DNA of 64,000 nt from Octopus bimaculoides (lineage: Eukaryota). This document shows, one piece after another, positions 1-12,371 of this stretch. The notes beneath the pieces were generated by a model. It saw only the letters and a list, made by a program, of their open reading frames with translations. It was not told the DNA's origin and ran no database searches. The stretch lies in assembly GCF_001194135.2 (NCBI RefSeq), contig NC_068988.1, positions 2,682,690 through 2,746,689 on the forward strand, written 5' to 3'. Each line of letters starts with the position of its first letter. Positions within the stretch are counted from its first letter, which is position 1. The position numbers and the translations under genes were made by a program.

Positions 1-1054
1 TGATAGCAGCCAAAATACTTGGCTGCAACAATGACAACAACAACAACAAAAGAAAAAGAAAAAATACTTAAAAACTATTTTTAAGATCACCAATTCTGTA
101 AAGTCAGACATGCAGACATTATAGGATATTGATTAGGGTATTGATAATTGATAGTTAGAAGTCTGGTCACCTTAACAGTGTGAAAAATGCTGTATTAACA
201 TGCTGCTGTGTCAGATGAGTGCGCTAAATGCAAAATTGTTTTCTGTCTGTTTTGAGGTTTGTTTGTGTTCTTTATTTTTTTTGTGATAGAAATAGAAACA
301 ATCTCATTCACTTTCTTCTTTATGCATGCATTAAAAATATGCAAATTCCAATGGTCATATGAACATGTTAGCAAGGAACAAGAATTTATTCATCAATTTA
401 TCAAACATTGCATTTTTATAGAATCAGAGATTTTTTTCAAATTTTCCAACCATGAAAAAGAAAATTCTTTATTGTGAATTTGAAAAGGTTATCACGTTAA
501 TAAGAACAAAAATGTTCTAAATAGTTTTCTACTTGAATAGAGATAATACAAATTAAAATTAATATAATTTAATATAATTTATCATAAAATAATTCAATAC
601 ATATTATTACAGTGTAAAACGGTTCAAAATAATAAATACAATTTATTAAGAAGCAATAGATATTTCTCTTTCTATGTATCAGAACATGTAGATCTGAATA
701 GTTCAAAATAGATAGAGGTACATGTACAATGAAAGACTTTATTCTATGTTTCCTTGATCTAAGGTAAAAATGACATTGGAACAATTGATAGACAACTCCC
801 AGTTGCTCAGATAATACATGAGCAGCAGGTATAATGGATGCTGCGAATAGTCTCTCATCACTGAGCATATTGTTGCCTCTCACTCTAGTCCTACTTTCAC
901 TCAGTCTAGGAGGATCTTAGTCTTGCAGCCATATTGACACACCATTACTTTTAAATATTTTAAAATTTGTTTCTTGATATTCACTTATTCATTTTGCGTG
1001 ATATTTTCCCCATTTGAGTTGAAATTTGAATCTGAAAAAAGAGAAACAAGATGA

Positions 1055-1563
1055 GATGGTGCGCAGGTGTCAATGAATGGTCGAAGGACCAAATCCAAGC
1101 TTCTCTGCTTGTTTCTCAACAATTATGATGGGATTTTGTTCCACCAGGGTTTGCAGGACATCCTCATTAAGCTCTACAAATCTTCCAGGACGAGATTCGT
1201 CTTCCAGGCCGTAGTTTCTGGCTTAAAATTTCTGAAACCACTGTTGACACTAGTTTACACTTATTGTCCGATCCCCATATACTGCCTTAATATTCCTTGC
1301 CCTTTCTGTCGTGTTGTTGCCTTTATTGAACTCATAAAGCAAACTATGCCGAATATGCTTCTTTGTCATTTTCATTATAGCTTTGAAAAAATAGCTGTTA
1401 AAATCGAACTGCACTCTCCAAAACTTGCACTAAATATAAAACAAGGTAAAATCACTACCTGCTTTTATGGCAAGTTAATGCAGGTAGTTTATCCCATCCC
1501 CCTCCAATTTTTAGTTCATGCAATTGAAAAAAAAAAACGCATTATTTATGGGATGACTGAATA
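1055..1563 (-). mobile_element. Degraded mariner (Mos1/SETMAR-like) transposon, left end plus N-terminal HTH region
   Basis: Minus frame from ATG at 1375 reads MKMTKKHIRHSLLYEFNKGNNTTERARNIKAVYGDRTISVN*CQQWFQKF*ARNYGLEDESRPGRFVELNEDVLQTLVEQNPIIIVEKQAEKLGFGPSTIH*HLRTI, matching the mariner transposase HTH pattern with 3 stops. A TIR-like end (TATTCAGTCATCCCATAAATAATGCG) lies at ~1538-1563. Confidence 0.85.
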
Positions 1564-1942
1564 CTTGGAAATATTCAAATTTGAACAACTACTGAATCCA
1601 GAAATGGAAACAAATTTTGGATTTTACGAGTTTAAATGTAACACATGATGAAAAAAAAGGTAAAAAATACCAATATCATAGAAGCATTTTCTTCTCTATT
1701 TTCCTCATCTTGTAGATTTTCTAATTACTTGAATTGGCAGAACTATCAGTTAAACATTCAACGATAAATTTTAAATTTCAAGAAGAAAAGAAAAGTCACG
1801 AAAATGAACTCTGAATAAACACAGAAACAAGTTCTTACTGCGGATCTCTGTTTTTCATTATAAAAGGTGATTTTTCTATATGGAAAATTACTCACCTTTT
1901 GCATAATTCTTGAAGATAAAAGACTGAAAGTAAAACATAATG

Positions 1943-2019
1943 AATGTTGTTATTATTGTTGCTGTTGTTGTTACAGCAGCAGCAGCAGTAGTAGTAGTAG
2001 TAATAGTAGTAGTAGTGGC

Positions 2020-2059
<40 letters not shown>

Positions 2060-2112
2060 ATCGTTGTTTTTGTATTAGTTGTTGTTGCAGTAGTGGTTGT
2101 TGTTGTTGATGT
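1943..2112. repeat. Compound trinucleotide microsatellite (TGT/AGC/AGT/GTT)n
   Basis: Directly visible; source of the poly-S, poly-V and poly-T ORFs. Confidence 0.95.
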
Positions 2113-2869
2113 TGTTACTTTTAATAAGTGTCTTCTCTTTCGTGGTTTGTGAAGTGTGGCCATTTAATATCAAGTTAAGTTGCATATATGCCTCTTCAGT
2201 CATTCTTCTGATACTAATTGACTAATTAATTAGCCAAGTAATCAAGGCACTGAGAGTAATTATTAAATAATTCGAGTGTAGAAATTCTCTGCAATCTTTT
2301 AGCATGCAAGAAATATTTTCCCTTGAGCTGTGGTATTAAAGCTATATGTATGCACACACACACACACACACATATATAGAGATACACATGCACATACACA
2401 TGGATGTATAATTGTAGATCACTGCACTCACATATAATCACAAAAACTTAGCCACAAATACAAACAAACATACACACATACTTCCACATGATAATTCAAC
2501 AAATATGACAGTTCACCCACGCATCAGGAATAAAACAGGTTTCATGCAAAGCTATTAGAACTCATAATTATGAGATTCATAATGAGAATGTGTAATATTT
2601 ATGCATTGGTTGCTGTTGATTCCTCCAAATGGGAAATTACTCAACACTTGTTTAGCTCAGCCCATATTAAGCACAGCCACGAGCAAATGTTGTTCTAACC
2701 GTGATCATTCTTAGTTGTAAAGGTATAATAGAAGACATTGTTTAGTCGATTAAGGGAGAATGATACTAAGGGGAATCAGCTGCTATTTTTTGCCTATCAA
2801 ATGATTATTTAGATCAGAGGTTCTCAGCCATGGCACTCAGGGCTTTATGTGGCCCTCATGTGTGTATGT

Positions 2870-2870
2870 G

Positions 2871-2926
<56 letters not shown>

Positions 2927-2942
2927 CGTGTGTGTATGTGTG
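2870..2942. repeat. (TG)n microsatellite
   Basis: Directly visible. Confidence 0.95.
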
Positions 2943-3039
2943 TACACATGTCATGACAGAACTTGATGGTTGAAAGTGAGTGTCTCTGCCAGAGGAGTGA
3001 GTAAGGGTACAGGGGGCTATAGCAGAAGACATCTGCCAA

Positions 3040-3112
3040 AAATGCCAGATAGTAAGATTGAACCAGGAACCATGTGGCTGGAAAGCAAACTTCTTAACTA
3101 CTCAGCCATGTT
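3040..3112 (-). mobile_element. tRNA-derived SINE head fragment
   Basis: Reverse complement CATGGCTGAGTAGTTAAGAAGTTTGC...GGTTCAATC has A-box and B-box-like motifs; homologous to heads at 8196 and 17700. Confidence 0.6.
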
Positions 3113-4325
3113 TGCATCTCATATAAAATCATGATGAGGTCTTAATTGGACTCTAAACACTTGAAATGGGAGGTCTCTCATTATGCACCCAGAAGAGCCA
3201 CATGATGTTTCTATCAGAGGGTTAACCAGACCTGACATGGCGCTAAACAATAATAGTCTTTTGAAATTGGTTTATGGAAGCAAAACACATTTTTCCAATA
3301 TGTATTAATATATGGTAAAGTGTAACAGAGAGAAAATTGATAAGAGCATGTTTGTTGCAAGGGAAAAACGATCACTTTATTTATGTGCTATTAGCATATC
3401 ATAATCAAAGAAAACTTTTTGCAATATACCTATTCTTCATGTCAGAGCTACTTACAAAATATTTTTCAATACAAAATATCTTTTAGTAGGTCATTAAATA
3501 ACATAGTTTAAGTATATTGTTTTTATATTATTTATTACTTACAATGTCTTATGGTATTAGAAGGAATAAAATGTACAAGAGACCACTTAACTACATCTGC
3601 TCTTCTATAACAAACATTTTTTAACTCTCTGCCTTTTCTTCTATCTTGATGAAAGAGTCTGGCTTTACTAAGAAAATGATACTGGAATAACATAACATTT
3701 GAACAGTTCTTCTAATTTGAGAAAAAAATTGCCAAAACACAAAGAAAATGTAAACTGGGGTTTTCTTTAGAATGTAATCCTAAAGCTTTGATAATTCCTT
3801 CTATTTACCAAAATTGATTCACAATAACATTGCTTGTATTTTTTCACATTTCTTGGTGTAAATCATTATTAATATTGAACTACAAAAACACACAAAAAAC
3901 AAGTTTGGTGTTATTTTTAAAAACATTTAAAAAAAACTTTATTAGTTTTCCATTTGCAAAATATCCTTGCTTTCTTTTGACGTATATATATGTGTGTGTG
4001 TATACATATACATATATATATGTGTGTGTGTGTGTGTGTATACACATATATATATATTATAGAAAGAGGGAGAGAGAGAGAGAGAGACAAAGGTAGAGAG
4101 CATACCTGATAATGATACATAGGTGTGCTGTACTCAGCTCTACTTTGGTGCCTTTGTTGTTAAAATGCTTTGGCTCTGTTAGGTCCTGAAAATGATTACT
4201 CTTTGTGTGTGTGTGTGTATGTGTGTGTGTGCACATGCACGCATGTGTGTGTATGTATATATATTATTATATGATTGAACACCATGCATCCTTTTCCGAG
4301 TAAGTTTTATACATATATATATATC

Positions 4326-4369
<44 letters not shown>

Positions 4370-4436
4370 ATATATATATACGTATAAAACTATATATATA
4401 TATATATATATACATATATAACTATATATATATATA

Positions 4437-4640
4437 GGGGAAGAATTCACAAAAAAAAAAAGACGAAGACAGGTGGTGTAGACAACAAACAGATGTATTA
4501 GTTTAATGCTTGGAAAGTGAAAAAGTCTTTAACGTTTCGAGCTGATGCTCTTCCACAGAAAGGAACACAGAAATAAACAAGGAGAGAAAATAAAGAATGT
4601 GTAGTGTCTAGTAGTCTATAACACATGAAATAGCTTTTAA
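4437..4640 (-). mobile_element. Penelope-like terminal-repeat fragment carrying a hammerhead-like motif
   Basis: Contains TAACGTTTCGAGC...GCTCTTCCACAG, which on the minus strand is a hammerhead-like fold typical of PLE termini. PLE assignment is inferred from this motif. Confidence 0.5.
4527..4562 (-). ncRNA. Minimal type I hammerhead-ribozyme-like motif, atypical core
   Basis: Minus: CUUU-CUGUGGA-A-GAGC(auca)GCUC-GAAAC-GUU-AAAG. Stem I CUUU/AAAG, stem II GAGC/GCUC, palindromic ACGU stem III; A6 replaced by U. Confidence 0.5.
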
Positions 4641-4686
4641 AGACAAAGTATTTAAAACGACAAATAAGATGGAAACTGGTGCCTCC

Positions 4687-5049
4687 TTACTTTATATCCA
4701 GAGCTCTGACAATTATTGGTACTACTGCTACTTTTTTCATCGACCACAACTGCTTAACCACCCAAGCTAACCTATCATATCTCTCGACTTTTCTTTCTTC
4801 CTTATCGCATACCTTGTTGTCAGCTGGGCATGCTATATCTATGATCCAGCATAGTTTGTTTTCTTTCTTAATTAAGACTATGTCTGGCTTCCTGTTCTCT
4901 ATCTCATGGTCACACTGAATCATAAAATCCCATAGGATCTTTGCATTTCTATTTTCGATGATGCCTTCAGGTTTGCGGTCGTACCAATTTTTTGCTCTGT
5001 CAAGTCCATACTTATTGCAAAGTATCCAATGGGCAAGCCTGGCTATATC
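4687..5049 (-). mobile_element. Non-LTR retrotransposon fragment with restriction-like endonuclease (R4/Dong-like), C-terminal region
   Basis: Uninterrupted 120-codon frame DIARLAHWILCNKYGLDRAKNWYDRKPEGIIENRNAKILWDFMIQCDHEIENRKPDIVLIKKENKLCWIIDIACPADNKVCDKEERKVERYDRLAWVVKQLWSMKKVAVVPIIVRAL with RLE hallmarks LWDF, RKPDIV, IDIACP, K..KY-like and VVPII.GAL-like motifs. Confidence 0.85.
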
Positions 5050-5649
5050 GTCGTCATCATCGTCGTCGTTGTCATCGTCGTCGTCGTCATCATCATCATT
5101 CTCTTAACATCTACTTGTCAATACTTGTATGCATCAGATGTTAGGAAGAGTGCTCCACAATGAGTTGCACATTTCCTGATGCCAGTCCTCACCTGTTTCC
5201 AATCCCCTCTGCATGAACATAACACAAGAACTAATTTTGTCTGCCTAATTGTTCAGCCCCAGGTCTCCCTATTCGAGTAAACAAATGATCAAAACGTATC
5301 CGAAGCATGACCATCCTGCCTTTTTGTATAGAAGGAACTACTTTATTCAATAAATCCTTTCCTTTTTTTTATGCTGATAATGTCTGATTCAAGGTGAGGA
5401 ATTTAGCTGCTATTTCAAGCAGCTTTTTCTATTTCTGTTGGTTTGTGGTATGCACTCTAGCTGTAATGTATTTGTTTAAGTTAGAATGCCACAAAGAACA
5501 TACCAGACACATCACAGTGCCATGCAATTATACATAAAATGTCTGCAAGTATTTTGTGAACATTTTTTCATCCTGTCCAATGTAGCTACAAAATTTATTG
5601 AAAATAGAAAATTCCTTTCCTTTACCTTAAAAACTATCGACACTACATC

Positions 5650-5878
5650 TTACTCCTTTTGCATTTCGACCTGCTGTATCAGGCCCAAATATTCTACCTG
5701 TTTTACGTTCAAACTGGCCAGATTCAGCCTCTCATACCTACCCTACACAATAGCATTCTAAAAATAAACAATCACATCAAAATCTCAAAGCTACAAGATA
5801 AGGAATGATTAAGTGAAGACAATGTAAACCAATAAGTCTTAGATTTTGACTGAGTTATCTGAATGCTAAAGAGTTAAG
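5650..5878. mobile_element. TTAA-type (piggyBac-like) MITE remnant
   Basis: Degenerate left end TTACTCCTTTTGCATT versus right end AATGCTAAAGAGTTAA form an imperfect TIR ending in TTAA. Confidence 0.4.
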
Positions 5879-7100
5879 GTTGCACCTTCATTATCAAGAG
5901 AAGACAGACAATGTGAAAATATATATTAAACAAAGTTTTGAACTGACATTTGAAACATCTTCAGCTTGCTACAGCCATACATATTGCTTTGACCCATTTA
6001 ATCCACTGTTTCACTTATATGTGTCAAGACTACTTAAGTAGAACTGACAAAGGATAATTACTTTAGAGAGCAACAACAACGACTGTTTTCCAGATCTCAG
6101 TCTTAAATCTTAAATGCTAATTACTTAAAGGAATGTAAAAGCATTGGTAAATTCCTCATAACATGTCACTATTATCATCATTAAAATTTTTCAACAAGTA
6201 TACAAGCATCTTGAATTAGTTGACTGTAATCAGCAAGTATACTCCGAGCATTTGTGTTTTAATTATTCTTCTTATTAAACTATTAAATTAAATAGAAATC
6301 ACAGTGCAAGTGTTCTCATCATTTAATTTTCTGTGAATTGTGCTAATATTATGTCTGATCATACAAACTTTATTCTAGTTTCACAAACAACAATTCTATA
6401 TTTCCAAAGTTCTTGCCATTTATGCAGTTTAAGATGTAATGAAAATATCTGACCTACGCACAAAATACAACTAATTATCATTTTTAACGTAGGCACAGGT
6501 ACAGATGTGGAGGCAAAGTTGATCTTAGTCCAAAGGTATGGCAGCTGAATGTAAATATGGCAAAGCAACATTTTTACGAATGCTCTAATAGTTATGTCAA
6601 TCCCCTACCTTCTGTAGTAGTAGCAGCAGCAGTAGCAGTAGTAGTAGTAAGTAAAACATCTGATGCTGTTTTGCCCAGTGTGAAATGACAGCCCTGATAC
6701 ACATGCCTAAATACACACATATTACAAAGTTAATCCTTTCAAGATTAGAGGTCCACAAAGGCTAATCCTTAATTCTACACTTTGTAGTATTCAGTTGATA
6801 AAACATAGATCTCCCATGAGATAAGAAGTCTTTGCAGATGAATTTCCTTGGCACTTTGCTGCATATTTCGAACAGCTCTGTCAATTGAAGCAAATCAAAT
6901 AAAATATACTGAAAAGAGATGCTGTCAAGTGTAGCTAAAACATTTAACAAATAATTTTTCTGCTTCCTTATGTGTTTATCTGACTTGTACAATTTTGTAA
7001 TTCATATTAGTAAATGAAATATGTGTAATGGGGAGCAAATAATACCAAAAAAATTTGTACAACTTCCTGTTTTGATACCGCCTTCCCATACACATGTATG

Positions 7101-7332
7101 TATTTATTTCTTTATTGCCCACAGGGCTAAACATAGAGGGGACAAACAAGAACAGACAAAGGGATGAAGTTGATTACGTCGATCCCAGCAGGTAACTGGT
7201 ACTTATTTAGTTGACTCCAAAAAGATGAAAGGTAAAGTCAACCTTGGCAGAATTTGAACTCAGAATGTAATTACAGAAGAAATACCACGAAGCATTTCGC
7301 CCAGCATGCTAACCACTCTGCCAGCTCACCAT
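7101..7332 (-). mobile_element. Near full-length tRNA-derived SINE (head GGTGAGCTGGCAGA, central TTTCATCTTTTTGGAGTCAAC...AGTACCAG domain)
   Basis: Homologous copies at 39265-39482, 41330-41470, 36190-36480 and 61942-62155; B-box-like GAGTTCAAATTC present. Confidence 0.8.
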
Positions 7333-7454
7333 CTCGTTTTGTCAATAGAAATATTGAAATATAATTAAGAAAGATAATCATTAGACTGCATGCCACGCAT
7401 TTAGATAGATGCTAAGTAAATTCACTTTCTTCCATACATACAGGTTTGTCCTTT

Positions 7455-8080
7455 CAGGTGCCACTTAAAAAGCACTTGTGCCAGTGTTGCATTAACACAC
7501 CCGTGTTGGTGGCACGTGAAAACACCCAGCACCCTCTGTTAAGTGGTTGGCATTAGGAAGGGCTTCCATCCATACAGGGGCCTCATTTGCCTTAAAAATG
7601 TGAGGGGGACAAACTAACATTTGTTGATTCTTAAAGGAGCTTATGGTGCCTTTCCCGAACCCTATCACATAAGTAAAATTTTACACTAATTAAATTTTAT
7701 ATATTCAAATGAAGTTCAGATATAAAAAAATAAGCTTAAAAAGCAATTTTTGATATCAAATAAATAAAGACTAAAACACAGACATGTGAATAAAAAACAT
7801 ATAAAGTAAATTTATTGTCTTTTAAAACTTTCCAAATGTATTATATTTTGCATCATTGCTGTCAATAAATACTTTAGCGACTTTGTCCCCTGTTTCTGAA
7901 AAAGTGTGTGGTGGGGGGACATGTCCCCTGGTATCCCCTGAAACAAGGCCCTTGTAGTCATAGAAACCATACTACAACAGACAGTTGGAGCCTGGACATC
8001 TCCCTGCTAGCCAGCTCCGTGTCAAACCGTCCAACCCATGCCAGCATGGAAAATGGATGTTAAATGATGATGATGATGAT
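7455..8080 (+). mobile_element. (GAT)n-tailed retroposon/SINE with GGAAGGGCATCC motif, split by a MITE
   Basis: Same body as 12372-12692 (GTGGTTGGCATTAGGAAGGGC...CCAACCCATGCCAGCATGGAAAATGGATGTTAAATGATGATG), interrupted at 7575-7954. Confidence 0.8.
7575..7954. mobile_element. hAT-like MITE nested in a SINE
   Basis: Ends CAGGGGCCTCATTT and GAAACAAGGCCCTTG are imperfect inverted repeats; flanking 8-mers CATCCATA/TAGTCATA are compatible with a decayed 8-bp TSD. Confidence 0.55.
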
Positions 8081-8195
8081 GTTGCTGCTAGTTGGTCCTG
8101 AAATCAACAATGTCTTTTAAACTGTGGTGAATAAAGTAAGTGACAATACCAGTAATATACTGATGTTAAGATGTTAGTGGCAAAAGCAGAAACTA

Positions 8196-8640
8196 ACAGG
8201 TTGTGTGGTTAAGAAGTTTACTTTCTGAGCACATGGTTTTGGGTTCAGTCCCACCGCATGGCATCTTGCCCACGTCTCTTCCTGTTATAGTTTCAAGTCC
8301 ATCCATGCATTGTGAGTGGATTTGGAAGACGGAAACTGCAAGAAGCCTATTGTACATGTATGTGCTTATGTGTGCATGTATGTGTGTGTGTGTGTGCGAT
8401 CATTTGTGCCTCCTCCTCTTGACATCACATGGCAGTTGTAAACAAATGTCATCATCGTACAAACAATGTTTTTCATTTCCAATCTTCTGTGAAAGCAAGT
8501 CTGGTGATGGGGAAATATTACCTTGCCTGGAAGCAAGCAAGGGTTAGTGACAGCAAGGGCATCCAGCTGTAGAAAATTTACTTCAATGAATTCTCTCTTC
8601 CCCATGCAAGTGCAGAAAAGTGGAGGTTAAAACTATTATG
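8196..8640 (+). mobile_element. Composite SINE: tRNA head, internal (TG)n, GGGCATCCAGCTGTAGAAA motif, (GAT)n tail
   Basis: Head GGTTGTGTGGTTAAGAAG...GGTTCAGTCCC; 3' end CCATGCAAGTGCAGAAAAGTGGAGGTTAAAAC followed by GAT repeats. Confidence 0.7.
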
Positions 8641-8745
8641 GTGATGATGATAATGATGGTAATGATGATGACAATGATGATGATGATGATAATGATGGTG
8701 GTGCTGTTGATGGTGATGGCAATGATGATAATGATTGTAGAGAAT
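8638..8745. repeat. (GAT)-rich microsatellite tail
   Basis: Directly visible. Confidence 0.9.
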
Positions 8746-10087
8746 GATGGAATAAACTGGTACATTTCTTTGTCACATTCTAAAATACACTCAGCATGGC
8801 AGCCCCCCCCCCCCTTGTTTTCCTCCTTCGCCACCAATCTTGTCTCTGCTGACATACTTTACCAGTTTTTGACAGATGTTGTATTAAACGTTATCACTCA
8901 TACACCTTTATGAATGTTATCAGCCATCAGTGAATTCTTGTTCTCCAGTTCTCAGCCAAAATACCATATTCTGTATCTCCTACAATAACATGGAACCAAC
9001 ATCGTTGATACACACACACGTTCCTCTCCATTCCACTATCTCAAACTTTAATCAATATATAATTGTGTTCTTATCTTATGACATGACACATCTGATATAA
9101 TAGATGCCTACTATTGCATTTATGTCAGCCAGTTTGATTCTTGCTCACATCCAAGTGGAAAATGTTCACTGCCAACGAGCCAATTCATAGCTAGTCCTGA
9201 CTAATCTTCCTCGAAAACCTTTCTGCTTCACCAACGTTCTTCACAGTTCTTGCTTCACCTAAATAGAATGCCACGTAATTTATCTCAGAATAATTCTATT
9301 AATTATCTTGAGGAAACTTTTAGTATATTCTTACAGCATTATTCTTGGAACTTGCGGTAGCATCATTATTGTTATCAGTAAAATCATCAAAATCATCATC
9401 ATCATTGTCATCATAATCACCACCGCCACCAAATCCACCATCATCCTCATCAACAACAGCATCATCACCATCATTATTTTTATTATTAATATTATTACTT
9501 CTGTTCTGCAAAGAAGTTTGGTAAAATGCCAGACTTGATAGTTTGCACCATATCGGCTATAGCGCCGCCATCTTGCTCAGTTCTTGTGATGATCAAAGCA
9601 TTTTCTTTGATCCTTCCTCAGCAGAAGGAAAATAGGAATATAATGTGTATACTTATGTAATGCAACTTTAAAATGGGTGAGTGGTTAAGGTATTCACCCC
9701 TTTATCCAAAGGGTTACGAGTTCAAGATCAGGTCTAGAATATTTCCCTATGCTTCTCAGTTGCTTACTGAATTCTACATAAACTAATTCATCTGTCAAAG
9801 ACACACACAAGAATTTTCAATGAGAGGATCTTTATACCAATGGTTCTTCATGTCTGGGTCACTGGCCAAATTAGGTCACAATAAAATCTGGAAAGGTCAT
9901 CATCATTGTTGTTTTCATATTTGCTTTTCCTTGCTAGCATGGGTTAGATGAGACTTACTGAGGCAATATATAATGGCTAGATGTCCTCCCTGTTACTAAC
10001 CCATGCTCTTTCATCAAATAAGGTTGTATTTATTTTGCTGATCTTCATACAATGAAACCACAGAGTTTTGGGAGATGCTCTTTAAGG

Positions 10088-10410
10088 CAGTGCGTCTCAA
10101 ACTATCTCATGTGGCACACTAGCAGTTTTTTTGTTTTTCCAATGCTCCAGGGATCAGTAATATTTCTTAGTAATATCAATTTATACCGAAAACAATATAT
10201 ATAATGAATATAATCTTTTCTACTCTAGGCACAAGCATTTTATAATGTTTCTTCCTTTTCTGGAAACTTGCTGCATACCAGCAGCTCATGGCTAGCGGAC
10301 CAGTGCCAGTCTGCGGATCAGTGCCAGTCTGTGGACCAGTGCCAGTCTGCGGATCAGTGCCAGTCTGTGGACCAGTGCCAGTCTACGGACCACCACTTTG
10401 AGTAACACTG
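10088..10410. mobile_element. hAT-family MITE with 8-bp TSD and internal 18-bp tandem array
   Basis: TIRs CAGTGCGTCTCAAACT / revcomp CAGTGTTACTCAAAGT; flanks CTTTAAGG (10080-10087) and GTTTAAGG (10411-10418), 7/8 identical. Confidence 0.75.
10296..10392. repeat. 18-bp minisatellite x5.4 (YGGAYCAGTGCCAGTCTG)
   Basis: Units at 10296, 10314, 10332, 10350, 10368, plus a partial at 10386. Confidence 0.95.
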
Positions 10411-12371
10411 GTTTAAGGGACACCAAAACAGCTGTCACCGTTTTGGGCTCAAATTATGTCAACACAAAGACACATTAAAGCAAACACTCATACTCACATG
10501 CACACACACACGCACGTACACACACATGTATACATGCACATATATAAATTCCTGAAGTGGTGACTTTCTATGTTAAGAAAAAGGAGACAGTCAGCATTTG
10601 AATAAAAAGTATTTATTCAGCCATTGTTATATTTTGAGATGGTCATTTTTTTTTCTTTTGCCAAATAAACTCACATGCTGTATATCCATTCTTCATTTCA
10701 AATTTGTTATTGTTCTTAGTTTTTGTCCTTTGTCTGGACAACAATAACGAAGAATAATAATAGATTTGAAGTGAAGAACGAATTTATAGTTGGTGCAACA
10801 ATATCTTTTCAAACACACAATTTCACATCAGGAATCTTGAAAAACAAGTAAACATATTTATTTAGCCCTTTTTTTCTTTTTAGGGATTCACCATGAATGG
10901 TTTCTCATAAATAATTCACACCTTTTATAGATATGTGAATAAGTTGAAAAAAAATCTGGAGTCGAATTAGGTTACTTGGGTTTGGGAAAGAGAGAGTTTG
11001 GGGAAGGGTTCTTTGAGATGTTCTTGGCCATTTTGAATCTATATGTGTTTGTATAAATATGTATGTATAAATATGTATGTATATATGTGTGTGAATATGT
11101 GTGTGAATGTATGCATGTGTAAGTATATGCATGCTGTGAGTTTTTAAACAAAGATAATGAAAGAAAGAATGATGAGTTTCTGTATAGTTTCCTTCTCATA
11201 GATTTTACTCACAAGACATTGGTTAACCTGAAGCAGTAATTGAAGGGACTTGTGTAAGGTGCCACACAGTGGGACCGAAGCTAGAAACCAGATGCCTGCA
11301 AGGTGAACATTGCAACCACACTTCCATATGAAGACAAAATCATTCATTTTGGAAGTATTTCATAAAATTTTAAAATACTTATAAATGTGGTTGGTACAAT
11401 TGTTCACATATGGATCTTTATAGTCACAGGAGATGCTTCTCTTCTCGTAAAACCAAAACAAGTCTTTTCAGGCACCAATCCATGGCCATGAGAGACAAAA
11501 CGATGCCTCCGAACAAATGAACGAATGAATGATCGAAGGAATGAACAAACGAATGACCGAACACACACACACACACATCATATCATTGTATTTTGCTTCT
11601 ACAAAAATAATAGAACTCTATCCATTCTTTCCATAATATCACTACATGTATATGGTGTGTGAGTGAACACTTTTGTTACCAAATTCCTGTTGAAATATAT
11701 TGCTTTGTTTCAGTGAATTTTGAAAATAACGAAGAATTTAGTAAAATAACTTTGTCTTTATTAAGTTGGTGTTTGGAACATAAATTAACAGGAAATTTTG
11801 ATGGACAGATTTTAACTAAGATCCGTTTGAAACAGGAAGTTTATATCATAGAACCAGGAGTGATTCTGACGTTTGCTTCATTTCTTCTGTTTGTTGTAAT
11901 GATTGCTTTTGTTTTTAATAAACAGTTTTGTAGTTTCTGTTGAATCCTTTCATTTCTTGAGAAACCAACTTTCTTCACATTTGAAACCTTGTTTTTCAGT
12001 TTTTAAAATATTTAAACAAAATACAAATCATAAATTCTAGCTTGAACAACATTCGTTTAAAAAAAATGACATACTTCACTGTTGAAGAAGTGGAATGAAA
12101 GAAGACGAAAGGAAAACGAAACATCGTAAGAGAAGAGATGAATGCAGTTTATGTAGAAGCAACATATAAAAGCAAAATTGAACCAAAACATAAACTCTCT
12201 GAAAATGAAACAGTGTACTGTGCAAATCAAAGGAAAGCCGATATATATATTCAAATGGATATATGAAATTTGTAAAAGAAAACGTATGATAAAAGAAATT
12301 AAAAACCTAGGAAACGATTCTCTTAAGAGATGAAGTAATTTTTTTCATCTGAATAAATCTAATACATATAT

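Noticed and set aside
1067-1648. 193-aa plus-strand ORF
   Set aside because: It is the antisense shadow of the minus-strand mariner fossil; no independent coding signal.
1867-2163. Poly-S/V/T ORFs, and similar HTHT, YIYI, LSLS, poly-M/D/E ORFs throughout (e.g. 13865-14470, 22705-23089, 54027-54394)
   Set aside because: Translations of microsatellites.
6493-6535. 43-nt AG/GT-bounded segment (TGTDVEAKLILVQ or HRYRCGGKVDLSPK)
   Set aside because: Too short to assess, two frames open, no recognisable homology; not distinguishable from chance.
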